DNA of 64,000 nucleotides from Candidatus Flemingiibacterium sp. (GTDB lineage: Bacteria > Bacillota > Clostridia > Oscillospirales > CAG-272): the NCBI GenBank assembly GCA_045644145.1, contig JAZRGK010000080.1:65407-129406 (forward strand), written 5' to 3'. The translations under genes were made by a program, and so were the position numbers. Shown piece after piece: positions 42,106 through 51,174 of this stretch. How positions within the stretch are numbered: the first letter of the stretch is position 1; every line of letters starts with the position of its first letter. Under the pieces are notes generated by a model. That model saw nothing but the letters and a program-made list of their open reading frames with translations. It had not been told where the DNA came from and searched no databases.

Positions 42106-42669
42106 ATGGATATGAGGCAGATAAAAGCGATTGAGGCGGCGAATAAAGCTCGCATACTTTCGGTGTGCGAGGGCTGCCCCGATTGCAGTGGTATATACTT
42201 CCTGCTTCGCGAGGAAGACGGATTCAGATATGCGTACATAGGGCAGGCGAAACGCCTGCTCACCCGTCTTGCTGGACATCTGCGCGGTTATCAGCATATT
42301 GATCTATCGATTCGCAAGCACGGGCTTTACAGTGTAGACAATCCCACAGGATGGCGGATACATTTTCTTGAATTCCCGGAGAGTCAACTTGACGAAATGG
42401 AGCGCGAATACATACGCAAATACGCTACAGCAGGCTATCAGCTCCGCAACAAGACCGATGGCGGTCAGGGTAAGGGCAAGACGGGTATTGCTGATAATAA
42501 GCCCTCACGGGGCTATTACGACGGTGTTGAGCAAGGCAAGAAGAACACACGCAGGTTTATTTGCGACTTGTTCGCAAAGCATCTTGATTTTAAACCCAAA
42601 TCAGACAAGCCCACAAAGCATCAGCAAAGGGCGATGGAGAAGTTTGCGGCATTTTTGCGAGGGGAATGA
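42106..42669 (+). CDS. GIY-YIG nuclease-family protein
   Basis: 187 aa. GIYFLL...YAYIGQAKRLLTRLAGH...EREYI pattern. Confidence 0.6.
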   Translation: MDMRQIKAIEAANKARILSVCEGCPDCSGIYFLLREEDGFRYAYIGQAKRLLTRLAGHLRGYQHIDLSIRKHGLYSVDNPTGWRIHFLEFPESQLDEMEREYIRKYATAGYQLRNKTDGGQGKGKTGIADNKPSRGYYDGVEQGKKNTRRFICDLFAKHLDFKPKSDKPTKHQQRAMEKFAAFLRGE

Positions 42670-42677
42670 GGTGCATT

Positions 42678-43604
42678 ATGGCTGAGCCAAATACATTTAT
42701 AAAATTACATAGAAGCATCTTGAATAGTGCGGTATTCACGGATGCGGAAGTCTTGCGGTTGTGGATATATTTTCTCTGCCAAGCTTCAACTGAGGACAGA
42801 GAAATCATAGTTTCCGGTACGGTTGTCAAGCTGAAAAGAGGGCAGCTTATCACGGGGCGAAAAAAGCTGTCACAGGCTCTTGGGGTTTCGGAAAGCAAAG
42901 TTTATCGAATGATGAAGACGCTTGAAGAAACACAGTGTATAACAACTGAAGCGGTTAGCAATTTTTCTGTAACGACTATTGTTAACTGGTCAAAGTTTCA
43001 AGCTCCCTCAAAAAAAGTGAACAGCACTCGAACAGCAGGCGAACAAAAAAACGAACAGCAGATTTGTCGCGAAAATCCTTATAACATGGGTGAAATTCCA
43101 AAACATCACCCAAAAAGTGAACAGCAGGCGAACAGCACAACAACGAAAAATCGAACAGCAGGCGAACAGCAGGCGAACAGCACTCGAACAGCAGGCGAAC
43201 ACAATACAAGAAATATAAAGAATTATAAAGAATTATATAATTATATAAAGTGTGTAGAGCCGACTGCGCCGGCACACGCGCACATATCAGAAGCACCGTT
43301 GCACGGCGCTTATAAAAACGTCCTGTTGTCAGACGAGGAATTCGAAGCACTCAAACAGCGATTCCCAAATGATTGGGGGGCAAGAATCGATAGGCTTTCT
43401 AAGTACATGGCTGACAGCAAGAAAACATATGCTTCGCACTATGATACCATTATGACATGGGCAGAGCAGGATGAGGCGAAAAAACGCAACGAGAGACGCA
43501 CAACGCCTTGTAACGGTTTTGACGAAAACGAAGCGTTTGCCGCTGCTCTTGAACGGTCGAGGCAGGTAATGGAGCGGAAGTGTAGATTGGAGGAGGTAGA
43601 ATGA
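42678..43604 (+). CDS. Phage replisome organizer / replication initiator (winged-helix N-terminus)
   Basis: 308 aa from the ATG at 42678; an alternative ATG lies at 42666. The N-terminus (FIKLHRSILNSAVFTD...LWIYFLCQA...GQLITGRKKLSQALGVSESKVYRMMKTLE) is typical of phage replication organizers. The low-complexity middle is encoded by iterons. Confidence 0.7.
   Translation: MAEPNTFIKLHRSILNSAVFTDAEVLRLWIYFLCQASTEDREIIVSGTVVKLKRGQLITGRKKLSQALGVSESKVYRMMKTLEETQCITTEAVSNFSVTTIVNWSKFQAPSKKVNSTRTAGEQKNEQQICRENPYNMGEIPKHHPKSEQQANSTTTKNRTAGEQQANSTRTAGEHNTRNIKNYKELYNYIKCVEPTAPAHAHISEAPLHGAYKNVLLSDEEFEALKQRFPNDWGARIDRLSKYMADSKKTYASHYDTIMTWAEQDEAKKRNERRTTPCNGFDENEAFAAALERSRQVMERKCRLEEVE
43019..43250 (+). 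repeat. Putative phage origin: GAACAGCA iterons (11-bp phased) plus an AT-rich tract
   Basis: GAACAGCA starts at 43019, 43030, 43053, 43119, 43130, 43153, 43164, 43175 and 43186, with a partial copy at 43197. The last five are exactly 11 bp apart. The AT-rich tract aatacaagaaatataaagaattataaagaattatataattatataaag follows (43203-43250). Confidence 0.7.
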
Positions 43605-44008
43605 CGCTTAGGGAGCTATCACAGCTATACCACCTTAAATGCGAGATTGAGAAAGACAAAAAGCGGCTCGCAGAACTTCAAAGCAAAGCCTATGCCGCAT
43701 CTTCGCCGAATCTATCGGGTGAAGGTGTCTGTTCCGGAGTTGGCGACCGTGTGGGGAGATATGCTTTAGAAGTTGCGGAGATAGAGCAAATTATAAAAAG
43801 CAAAATGGATCGATGCGTTCGTGAAAGGTTAAAGCTCGAGAAATATATCGCCGATATACCGGATAGCCTAACCAGGCGAATATTTACACTCCGATTCGTT
43901 GATGGCTTGTCATGGCTCAAAGTAGCGCGCGCTATCGGTGGAAGCATGACATCAGACTGCGCAAGAATGATATGCAACCGTTACATAGAAAAAGCAGAGC
44001 AAAAATGA
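43601..44008 (+). CDS. Late-gene transcriptional activator candidate (DUF1492 / sigma-region-4-like)
   Basis: 135 aa and the last gene before terS. The C-terminus (RRIFTLRFVDGLSWLKVARAIGGSMTSDCARMICNRYI) resembles a sigma region-4 HTH. Confidence 0.55.
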   Translation: MTLRELSQLYHLKCEIEKDKKRLAELQSKAYAASSPNLSGEGVCSGVGDRVGRYALEVAEIEQIIKSKMDRCVRERLKLEKYIADIPDSLTRRIFTLRFVDGLSWLKVARAIGGSMTSDCARMICNRYIEKAEQK

Positions 44009-44201
44009 AAGTTGTTCGTTTTGTTCGCTTTATATGTGATATAATGGTATCGTCGAGAGGTATACAGAGGTGTACTTCTCGATTTGCATTAACACCGTCT
44101 TACACTCCGGACGGTGCGAGGGTAAAGGGAAATGAACGCCGCACGAATGCAGTTGGTGGAGGCAGTGGCGTACTAAATCGAAAAGGAAGGCGGTGAGTCG
44201 T

Positions 44202-44708
44202 ATGGCAAAAGGTAAATACGAAAAGTGGCTTGAGCCGGACGGCTTACTGCTGCTTGAGGCTTGGGCACGGGATGGCTTGACGGATGAGCAAATTGCCCAC
44301 AATATGGACGTTGCATACTCCACTTTGCGTGCATGGCGTGATAAGTTTTCGGCACTTTCGGCAGCCCTAAAAAAGGGCAAGGAAGTCGTTGACGTAGAAG
44401 TCGAGAACGCTTTATTAAAAAAAGCTCTTGGCATCAAGGAAACCGTCTTGAAACCAATAAAGGTTAAAGAGGTTTTATACGAAGACGGTAAGCGGATAAA
44501 AGAGACGGAGCGCATTGAATATGCGGAGGAGCAGGTATATGTTCCCCCCGAAACAGCTGCTATAATCTTTTGGCTTAAGAACCGACGTCCCGATCTATGG
44601 CGTGACAAACAAAGTATGGAGCTTTCCGGAGAGGTTAAAAATAACCCTTTTGCCGGGTTAACCACCGATCAGCTTATTAAATTGGCAGATGCCGGTGATA
44701 GCGATTGA
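44202..44708 (+). CDS. Terminase small subunit
   Basis: 168 aa from the ATG at 44202, after AAGGAAGG. HTH region (GLTDEQIAHNMDVAYSTLRAWR) and AAIIFWLKNRRPDLWRDK. Positioned before terL. Confidence 0.75.
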   Translation: MAKGKYEKWLEPDGLLLLEAWARDGLTDEQIAHNMDVAYSTLRAWRDKFSALSAALKKGKEVVDVEVENALLKKALGIKETVLKPIKVKEVLYEDGKRIKETERIEYAEEQVYVPPETAAIIFWLKNRRPDLWRDKQSMELSGEVKNNPFAGLTTDQLIKLADAGDSD

Positions 44709-46102
44709 GTGCGGCGATTAAACTAGGTGCTAAAATAGAACTCGCAAAACGTGACTTTTGGCGATACTGCAATCTTAAAGCTCCAAACTTTTATAAAAAG
44801 GACCGGCAATTCTTAATTGATTTTTGCCACGAGATGCAAGACTTTTACCAAAGTGACGACGAGGTGCTCATTGTCAATATGCCGCCTCGACACGGTAAGA
44901 GCCGTACCGCTCAATGCTTTGTTGAATGGATCCTTGGGCAGAATCAAACGGAAAAGATAATGACCGGCTCATACAATGAAACGCTTTCAACCAGCTTCGC
45001 CAAAGGCGTACGCAACACCATAGCTGAAGAAAAGGCGGACGAGGATCGTGTTGTGTATTCTGACGTATTCCCGGGCGTCAAAATCAAACAAGGCGACGGT
45101 GCAATGAATTTGTGGAGCCTCGAGGGCGGATATAACAATTACCTTGCAACCTCCCCCACGGGTACCGCCACCGGCTTTGGCGCATCGATCCTTATTATCG
45201 ACGACCTTATAAAATCAGCACTTGAGGCTAATAATGCTGACACCCTCGAGAAGCACTGGGATTGGTTCACCAACACAATGCTCTCCAGACTCGAGGAGGG
45301 CGGCAAAATCATAATAATAATGACACGCTGGCACAGTTTAGACCTCGCCGGGCGTGCATTAGATTTTTATACACAGGCAGGTGCCAAGATACGACACATA
45401 TCATACAAGGCTATGCAGGGTGACGGCACGATGCTGTGCCCGCAAATATTATCCCTACGCTCCTATAAATCAAAAATACGGGCTATGGGTGATGATATTG
45501 CATCTGCAAACTACCAGCAGGAGCCCATTGACATTAAAGGCCGTTTGTATAGCAGCTTTAAGACCTATGACAAACTGCCTACCGATGAAAGCGGGCACTC
45601 ATTATTTACAGCGATCAAAAATTACACAGATACAGCCGACACCGGCGATGATTATCTTTGCAGTATAAGCTACGGTGTTTACAACAAAGAGGCTTATGTG
45701 CTTGATGTGCTTTATACCAAAGCGCCTATGGAGATAACAGAGCCACAAACCGCTCAAATGCTTAAAGCGGGTAATGTGGGCTGGGCTGACATTGAAAGTA
45801 ACAACGGTGGCAGAGGCTTTGCGAGGTCCGTAACAAGGCACTTGGCTGCTTTAGGATCCAATCGTTGTCACATTGAGGCCTTTTACCAAAGTAAAAACAA
45901 AGAGGCTCGCATACTTTCAAATGCGACGTGGGTTATGGATCACATATATTACCCGGCGAACTGGAAAGACCGATGGCCGGAATATTACAAGGCAATGAGC
46001 CGATACCAACGCGAGGGCAAAAATGCGCACGATGATGCGCCTGATGCCACCACGGGTATTGCTGAACGTATAAACAACGGCTCACACTACAGTTTCGATT
46101 AA
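44705..46102 (+). CDS. Terminase large subunit
   Basis: 465 aa with a TTG start overlapping the terS stop. ATPase motifs MPPRHGKS and ILIIDDL. C-terminal RNaseH-like nuclease region with acidic residues (DTADTGDDY, HDDAPDA). Confidence 0.85.
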   Translation: MSAAIKLGAKIELAKRDFWRYCNLKAPNFYKKDRQFLIDFCHEMQDFYQSDDEVLIVNMPPRHGKSRTAQCFVEWILGQNQTEKIMTGSYNETLSTSFAKGVRNTIAEEKADEDRVVYSDVFPGVKIKQGDGAMNLWSLEGGYNNYLATSPTGTATGFGASILIIDDLIKSALEANNADTLEKHWDWFTNTMLSRLEEGGKIIIIMTRWHSLDLAGRALDFYTQAGAKIRHISYKAMQGDGTMLCPQILSLRSYKSKIRAMGDDIASANYQQEPIDIKGRLYSSFKTYDKLPTDESGHSLFTAIKNYTDTADTGDDYLCSISYGVYNKEAYVLDVLYTKAPMEITEPQTAQMLKAGNVGWADIESNNGGRGFARSVTRHLAALGSNRCHIEAFYQSKNKEARILSNATWVMDHIYYPANWKDRWPEYYKAMSRYQREGKNAHDDAPDATTGIAERINNGSHYSFD

Positions 46103-46120
46103 AGCAAGGAGGCGTAAGCC

Positions 46121-47650
46121 GTGAAAACTTTGAATTTTTATGATAAGCCCACGAGCTTGCTGCTTGTTGGCAAGATTGCCGCGTATATAACTCCGGGAAT
46201 GACCGATAAGGAATTCCTCGAACACGAAATCAAAGCCTGGTTCGGTTCTTCTGAACGCAAAAGCCAGATTGAAGGTGACGAGTATTATGACGGCAAGCAC
46301 GATATATTAAAGCGCAAACGCACAGTCATAGGCGAGGGTGGAGAACTGAAGCAGGTTGAAAATCTCCCCAATAACCGTATCGTCGATAATCAATACGCTA
46401 AAATGGTCGACCAAAAGGCTAACTACCTTTGTGGTCGGCCGTTTATCTTCGACACGGAAGACAAGGCACACGCTGAGGCGCTTGATAAGATATTCACCCA
46501 AAAAGTACGTCGTAAGATCCGCATAGCCGCAGAGCGTGCACTCACGGGCGGCAAGGTGTGGGTATTCCCGTACTATAAAACCAAGGACACGCTCTCGTTT
46601 TCGTTATTCCCGGCGCACGAAGTACTACCATTCTGGGCGGATACTGAACACGAGGAGCTCGACTGTGCTGTGCACCTCTTTCCGGTGTATGTATACGACG
46701 GCAAAGGCGACGAGAGTGTCGTCTATAAAGCTGAAGTGCTGCACGGTGGCGGCGTGGATCGCTTTCTGTGGAAAGACGGAACGCTTGTGTACGACAACGA
46801 TGCACCATCTGGCTCGTACGTTACCTTTACGGACGATGAAACGGGTGAGCAGACCGGATATAACTGGGAGCGCTTGCCGCTTGTGTGCTTCAAGGCGAAT
46901 CACCGTGAACAGCCGCTTCTGCGCCGAGTTAAGTGCTTACAGGATGCGCTCAACCTCATGCTTTCAAACGGCGTGAACGCTATGGAGGAAGACGTCCGAA
47001 ACACCGTACTCGTTATCCACAATTACGACGGTGAGGATCTCGGCGAGTTCCGTCGCAACCTCGCTACCTACGGCGCGGTTAAGGTTCGCAGCTTTGAGGG
47101 TTCCGACGGTGCGGTTGACAAGCTTGAGATTGAGCTTAACGTTGACAACTATAAAACCGTTATTGAGCTGCTCAAGAAGGCGATCATAGAGAACGCGCGC
47201 GGATACGACGCTAAGGACGAGCGAATGAACGGCACGCCCAACCAGATGAACATCAGATCTATGTATTCTGACATCGATCTCGATGCGAACGGAATGGAAA
47301 CAGAGTTTCAAGCCGCTTTCGAGGAGCTTCTGTGGTTTGTAAACGTGCATCTGACTAATACCGGCGCAGGCAAGTTTGAAAACGCGGAGGTAAAGGTTAT
47401 ATTTGACCGCGATATACTCGTGAACGAGTCCGAGGCTATCGAGAACTGCGGAAAATCCGCGGGCATACTCAGCGACGAGACCATAGTCAAGCAGCATCCT
47501 TGGGTGGATGATCCCGAGTCGGAGCTTGAACGTATCAAGTCTGAAAAGGAAAAGGCGGCGGCCGAGGCTGACGCTTACCGCTCTGCGTTTGAAAATAATG
47601 CCGGTAATCAGAACGGCGCGCAGAACAACGGCGGCGACGTAGATGAATAA
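46121..47650 (+). CDS. Portal protein (SPP1 gp6-like)
   Basis: 509 aa with a GTG start after GGAGG. NNRIVDNQYAKMVDQKANYLCGRPF signature. Positioned after terL. Confidence 0.85.
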   Translation: MKTLNFYDKPTSLLLVGKIAAYITPGMTDKEFLEHEIKAWFGSSERKSQIEGDEYYDGKHDILKRKRTVIGEGGELKQVENLPNNRIVDNQYAKMVDQKANYLCGRPFIFDTEDKAHAEALDKIFTQKVRRKIRIAAERALTGGKVWVFPYYKTKDTLSFSLFPAHEVLPFWADTEHEELDCAVHLFPVYVYDGKGDESVVYKAEVLHGGGVDRFLWKDGTLVYDNDAPSGSYVTFTDDETGEQTGYNWERLPLVCFKANHREQPLLRRVKCLQDALNLMLSNGVNAMEEDVRNTVLVIHNYDGEDLGEFRRNLATYGAVKVRSFEGSDGAVDKLEIELNVDNYKTVIELLKKAIIENARGYDAKDERMNGTPNQMNIRSMYSDIDLDANGMETEFQAAFEELLWFVNVHLTNTGAGKFENAEVKVIFDRDILVNESEAIENCGKSAGILSDETIVKQHPWVDDPESELERIKSEKEKAAAEADAYRSAFENNAGNQNGAQNNGGDVDE

Positions 47651-49214
47651 CGCAGATTATTGGACACACCGCCTTAAGATCGCCGAGGAGGCTATTCTTA
47701 ACGATGCCTATAAAAGCGTGCAAGAGGTTGAGCGAGTATGCGAGGTGGCTATTGCTGATTGCGACACGCTGATCCGCGCGTGGTATCAACGTCTTGCCGC
47801 AAATAACAACGTATCATACATAGGTGCGAGGAAGCTTCTCGCCGCCGATGAGCTTGAGGAATTCAAATGGACCGTCCGGGAATACATAAAGAAGGGCGAG
47901 GAGAATGCCATATCGGGTGAGTGGGCAAAGCAGCTTGAAAACGCTTCTGCCAGACACCACATCAGCAAATACGAAGCACTTAAGCTTCAGCTGCAGCACC
48001 GAGCGGAGCTCATTTCTCAAGCACGTGCGACAGCCACGGCTAATGCGGCAAAGCACGCCTATACAGATAGCTACTACCACACAGCCTTTGAGATGCAGCG
48101 CGGATTTGGCGCGGGATATTCTTTTCAGGCTGTCGATGACGCTATGCTTGACAAGATACTTGCAAAACCGTGGACGGCTGACGGTCAGACCTTCTCCTTA
48201 CGAATATGGAGCGACAGAAACAAGCTCGTTGACACTATTCAGCAGGAGCTTACACGCTTACTCGTGACAGGCAGCGCAACGCCTGACAAGGCTATTGCCG
48301 CTATTGCCTCGAAGTTCAGGACCGCGAAGGAAAACGCGGGGCGGCTCGTTATGACGGAAAGCTCATATTTTGCGAGCATCGGTCAGAGAGATTGCTACAA
48401 GGAGCTCGACGTCGAACAGTATCAGGTAGTCGGAACGCTTGATAACGGCACGTGTGACAAATGCTCGGAGCTCGACGGGCAAGTGTTTCCGATGAGCGCA
48501 TACCAACCCGGGCTTACGGCTAATCCGTTTCACCCTTGGTGCCGATGCTGTACTGCACCGTATTTTGCGGATATGGAAGGCGTTGGCGAGCGGTGCGCCC
48601 GTGACATCGAAACGGGCAAGGCGTATGCGGTGCCCAGGGATATGACCTATAAGCAGTGGAGGGCTTCTCAAGATGAAAAATATGGTGCCGGAACTGTTGA
48701 CAAAAGCCGTAAAATGCGGTATAATTATAGCGAGGACGAAAAGCAGTACAATGAGTACAAAAGTCGGCTTGGTTCCGATGCTCCAGAAACACTTATGGAT
48801 TTCTGCGAGTTGAAATACGGCAATCCGACTGCTTATTCTGAACTTCGTGAATTATATACATACAAGGGTAGAGTACCAGAGGCTACTTCCGCCGATTACA
48901 AAGCATATAAAGCCGTTAAGGCTACCGGCATAGTGGGATCTGTAAGGGTGCCACCTAAAAGTATTGATGCCTCGGTGCTTACTTTTAACGACGCGCACGC
49001 TACACGCCACGGTTGCACGCTTGAGCAAGCCATTGGCTATGTTAGCAATGCAAAATGCTCCGTTACTCGTAAACGCTGGGATGGCTACCATACGGGATAT
49101 TACAGCGTTGATGGTGCCACCTATGTGGCAGACGAAACGCAGAAAATAAAAACCGCCTTTTCAAAAGAGGACTTTGATCCAACTACTAAGGCTGTTATGG
49201 AGGTGTTTGAATGA
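47643..49214 (+). CDS. MuF / SPP1 gp7-like head morphogenesis protein with ~190-aa C-terminal extension (candidate polymorphic toxin domain)
   Basis: 523 aa. The gp7 core reads WTADGQTFSLRIWSD...GTLDNGTCDKCSELDGQVF...NPFHPWCRCCTAPYF. It is followed by a linker and a distinct C-terminal module (...LTFNDAHATRHGCTLEQAIGYV...). Confidence 0.8.
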   Translation: MNNADYWTHRLKIAEEAILNDAYKSVQEVERVCEVAIADCDTLIRAWYQRLAANNNVSYIGARKLLAADELEEFKWTVREYIKKGEENAISGEWAKQLENASARHHISKYEALKLQLQHRAELISQARATATANAAKHAYTDSYYHTAFEMQRGFGAGYSFQAVDDAMLDKILAKPWTADGQTFSLRIWSDRNKLVDTIQQELTRLLVTGSATPDKAIAAIASKFRTAKENAGRLVMTESSYFASIGQRDCYKELDVEQYQVVGTLDNGTCDKCSELDGQVFPMSAYQPGLTANPFHPWCRCCTAPYFADMEGVGERCARDIETGKAYAVPRDMTYKQWRASQDEKYGAGTVDKSRKMRYNYSEDEKQYNEYKSRLGSDAPETLMDFCELKYGNPTAYSELRELYTYKGRVPEATSADYKAYKAVKATGIVGSVRVPPKSIDASVLTFNDAHATRHGCTLEQAIGYVSNAKCSVTRKRWDGYHTGYYSVDGATYVADETQKIKTAFSKEDFDPTTKAVMEVFE

Positions 49215-49390
49215 AAACAGTATATTGTCCCGTTATTGATGGGCAGATAGATGGTTCCACCTGTCTGGATATTGTGCTTGTAGCTGACCATGAGGCAAAG
49301 TCCACCATACTGCCTAAAAATATAAAGTGGGATGATGAGCAATGCAGAAAATGTAAGGCATGTAAGTATCACGCTGACGGCGACGATTAA
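49211..49390 (+). CDS. Small Cys-rich 59-aa ORF coupled (ATGA) to the MuF gene; candidate immunity protein
   Basis: Translation: MKTVYCPVIDGQIDGSTCLDIVLVADHEAKSTILPKNIKWDDEQCRKCKACKYHADGDD. Not in the ORF track. Followed by a hairpin and T-run at 49421-49450. Confidence 0.45.
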   Translation: MKTVYCPVIDGQIDGSTCLDIVLVADHEAKSTILPKNIKWDDEQCRKCKACKYHADGDD

Positions 49391-49420
49391 AACTCTTATT
49401 CTCACAACTCAATAACCCAA

Positions 49421-49450
49421 GCTCGACACACGAAAGTGTGCCGGGCTTTT
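49421..49450 (+). terminator. Hairpin and T-run after the MuF-associated small ORF
   Basis: gctcg-acacac-gaaa-gtgtg-ccgggc followed by TTTT; the stem is imperfect. Confidence 0.45.
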
Positions 49451-49539
49451 GTTATACTTTCCCTTAGCCGCAGGGTTACGCGGCAAATCCTTCAACCGCA
49501 GGCGAAGCGGTATAAAAATCACGCAGAAAGGATAGCACG

Positions 49540-50181
49540 ATGAAAAACATACACGAAATCCTGAAAGAGCTCGGCATCGAGATACCAGCCGATAAGAAGG
49601 CTGACTTCGACACGGTTGTAAACGAAAATTATAAGACCGTTGCCGAGGTTGACAAGATCCGCACGGCGCGTGATACCTACAAGCAGTCGCTTGAGGATGC
49701 GCAGAAGACGCTTAAATCCTTCGAGGGTGTCAACGTGGACGAGCTGAAGGGCGAGATAACCAAGCTCACCAACGATCTTGCCGCCAAGGATGCGGAGCAT
49801 CAGCAGAAGCTTGACGATATGGATTTCAACTCTACCGTTGATTCCGCAATAAAAGCCAAGGGCGCAAAGAACGCCAAGGCAGTGCGCGCGCTGCTTGATC
49901 TGGAAACGCTCAAGGCTTCCAAGAACAGAGAGGGCGACATCAATGCGGCTTTAGACAAGGTCGCGGCAGATGAAGCGTACCTCTTTGGTGCTGCGGATCC
50001 AAAGGGTGGTGGAACGCCCAATTTTACGGGCATGCAACCCGGTAATCCCGGCGGCAACACACCGCCTGCAAACGTAGATACATTCGCAACGCGCCTTGCC
50101 GAGGCGAGAAAAAACGGCAACACAGCAGCGGCGGTCGCTATTAAGCGAGAAGCCGCGGAAAACAACGTATTTTTAATGTGA
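49540..50181 (+). CDS. Capsid scaffolding protein
   Basis: 213 aa, helical and charged, with an Ala/Gly/Pro-rich tail. Positioned directly before the major capsid gene. Confidence 0.7.
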   Translation: MKNIHEILKELGIEIPADKKADFDTVVNENYKTVAEVDKIRTARDTYKQSLEDAQKTLKSFEGVNVDELKGEITKLTNDLAAKDAEHQQKLDDMDFNSTVDSAIKAKGAKNAKAVRALLDLETLKASKNREGDINAALDKVAADEAYLFGAADPKGGGTPNFTGMQPGNPGGNTPPANVDTFATRLAEARKNGNTAAAVAIKREAAENNVFLM

Positions 50182-50199
50182 AAGGATAGGTAAAAAAAT

Positions 50200-51159
50200 A
50201 TGCCAACTGTAAATGGAACGGGCAACACTTGGAATCTGCCCAACTACGCTGGTGAGCTTTTCACTTGCTCTCCCACCAAAACCCCTCTTCTCTCTATGAT
50301 CGGTGGTCTCACCGGCGGTATGAAGACAGAGAACGACGAGTTCGCCACGGGCGTGCTCTATGAATTCCCCACAGCATCGCAGCCTGATATTTCAGAAACT
50401 GCTTCCGAAAAGGCGCCCGCCGCAAGTGCGCTTTCGCGTAATCAGGAGACTAACGTCACTCAGATCTTCCACGAAACCGTGTCGATCACTTATGCAAAGC
50501 AGGCTAATCGCGGCAAGCTTCAGGGCCTCAATACCGCAGGTGCACAGCCCAATCCCGCAAACGAGCTTGACTGGCAGGTAGCACGCAGACTCGAGAAGAT
50601 CGCTCAGGACGTCGAATACACGTTCATCAACGGCGTTTATCAGAAGTCTACCGGCGCGAACGTTGCAAACAAGACACGCGGTATGCTCGAGCTTTGCTCT
50701 AACGGTACTACCATCGCTGCGGCAGACGCGGCACTTTCTCTCGACCTGCTCAAGGCACTCTATAAGGAGATGGCAGACGGCGGTGCGGCATTCGGCAATA
50801 TGGTACTTCTTTGCGGCTCTTACCAGAAGCAGGCTATCACCGCGCTTTACGAGAAGCAGCTCGGATATAACAAGGCGGCTTCCCGTAACGTGGGCGGTAT
50901 GAATATTACCGAACTCGAAAACGACTTCTTCAAGATGGGCGTAGCTTACGATCCCTTTATGCCTGCGGACAAAATCCTCATCACGGACATTGCGGCACTC
51001 GCTCCCGTGTTCCAGGAAGTTCCCGGCAAGGGCGTCCTTTTCCTCGAGGATCTCGCAAAGGAAGGTGCTTCCGAGCGCAAGCAGATCTACGGTCAGATTG
51101 GCCTTGCACACGGTCCCGCATTTCTCCACGGTTCTATTACTGGCCTCAAGGCAGAATAA
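50200..51159 (+). CDS. Major capsid protein (HK97-fold, DUF5309-like)
   Basis: 319 aa. N-terminal WNLPNYAGELF...TPLLSMIGG signature. Position and size fit a major capsid protein. Confidence 0.8.
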   Translation: MPTVNGTGNTWNLPNYAGELFTCSPTKTPLLSMIGGLTGGMKTENDEFATGVLYEFPTASQPDISETASEKAPAASALSRNQETNVTQIFHETVSITYAKQANRGKLQGLNTAGAQPNPANELDWQVARRLEKIAQDVEYTFINGVYQKSTGANVANKTRGMLELCSNGTTIAAADAALSLDLLKALYKEMADGGAAFGNMVLLCGSYQKQAITALYEKQLGYNKAASRNVGGMNITELENDFFKMGVAYDPFMPADKILITDIAALAPVFQEVPGKGVLFLEDLAKEGASERKQIYGQIGLAHGPAFLHGSITGLKAE

Positions 51160-51174
51160 TCGGAGGTGCCAAGT

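Noticed and set aside
50392-51129. 245-aa reverse ORF inside the major capsid gene. Similar reverse ORFs occur in terS/terL (44030-44665), the portal gene (46964-47497) and the head genes (51093-51635).
   Set aside because: All are antisense to a tightly packed, RBS-supported late operon. None has a start context or recognisable domain.
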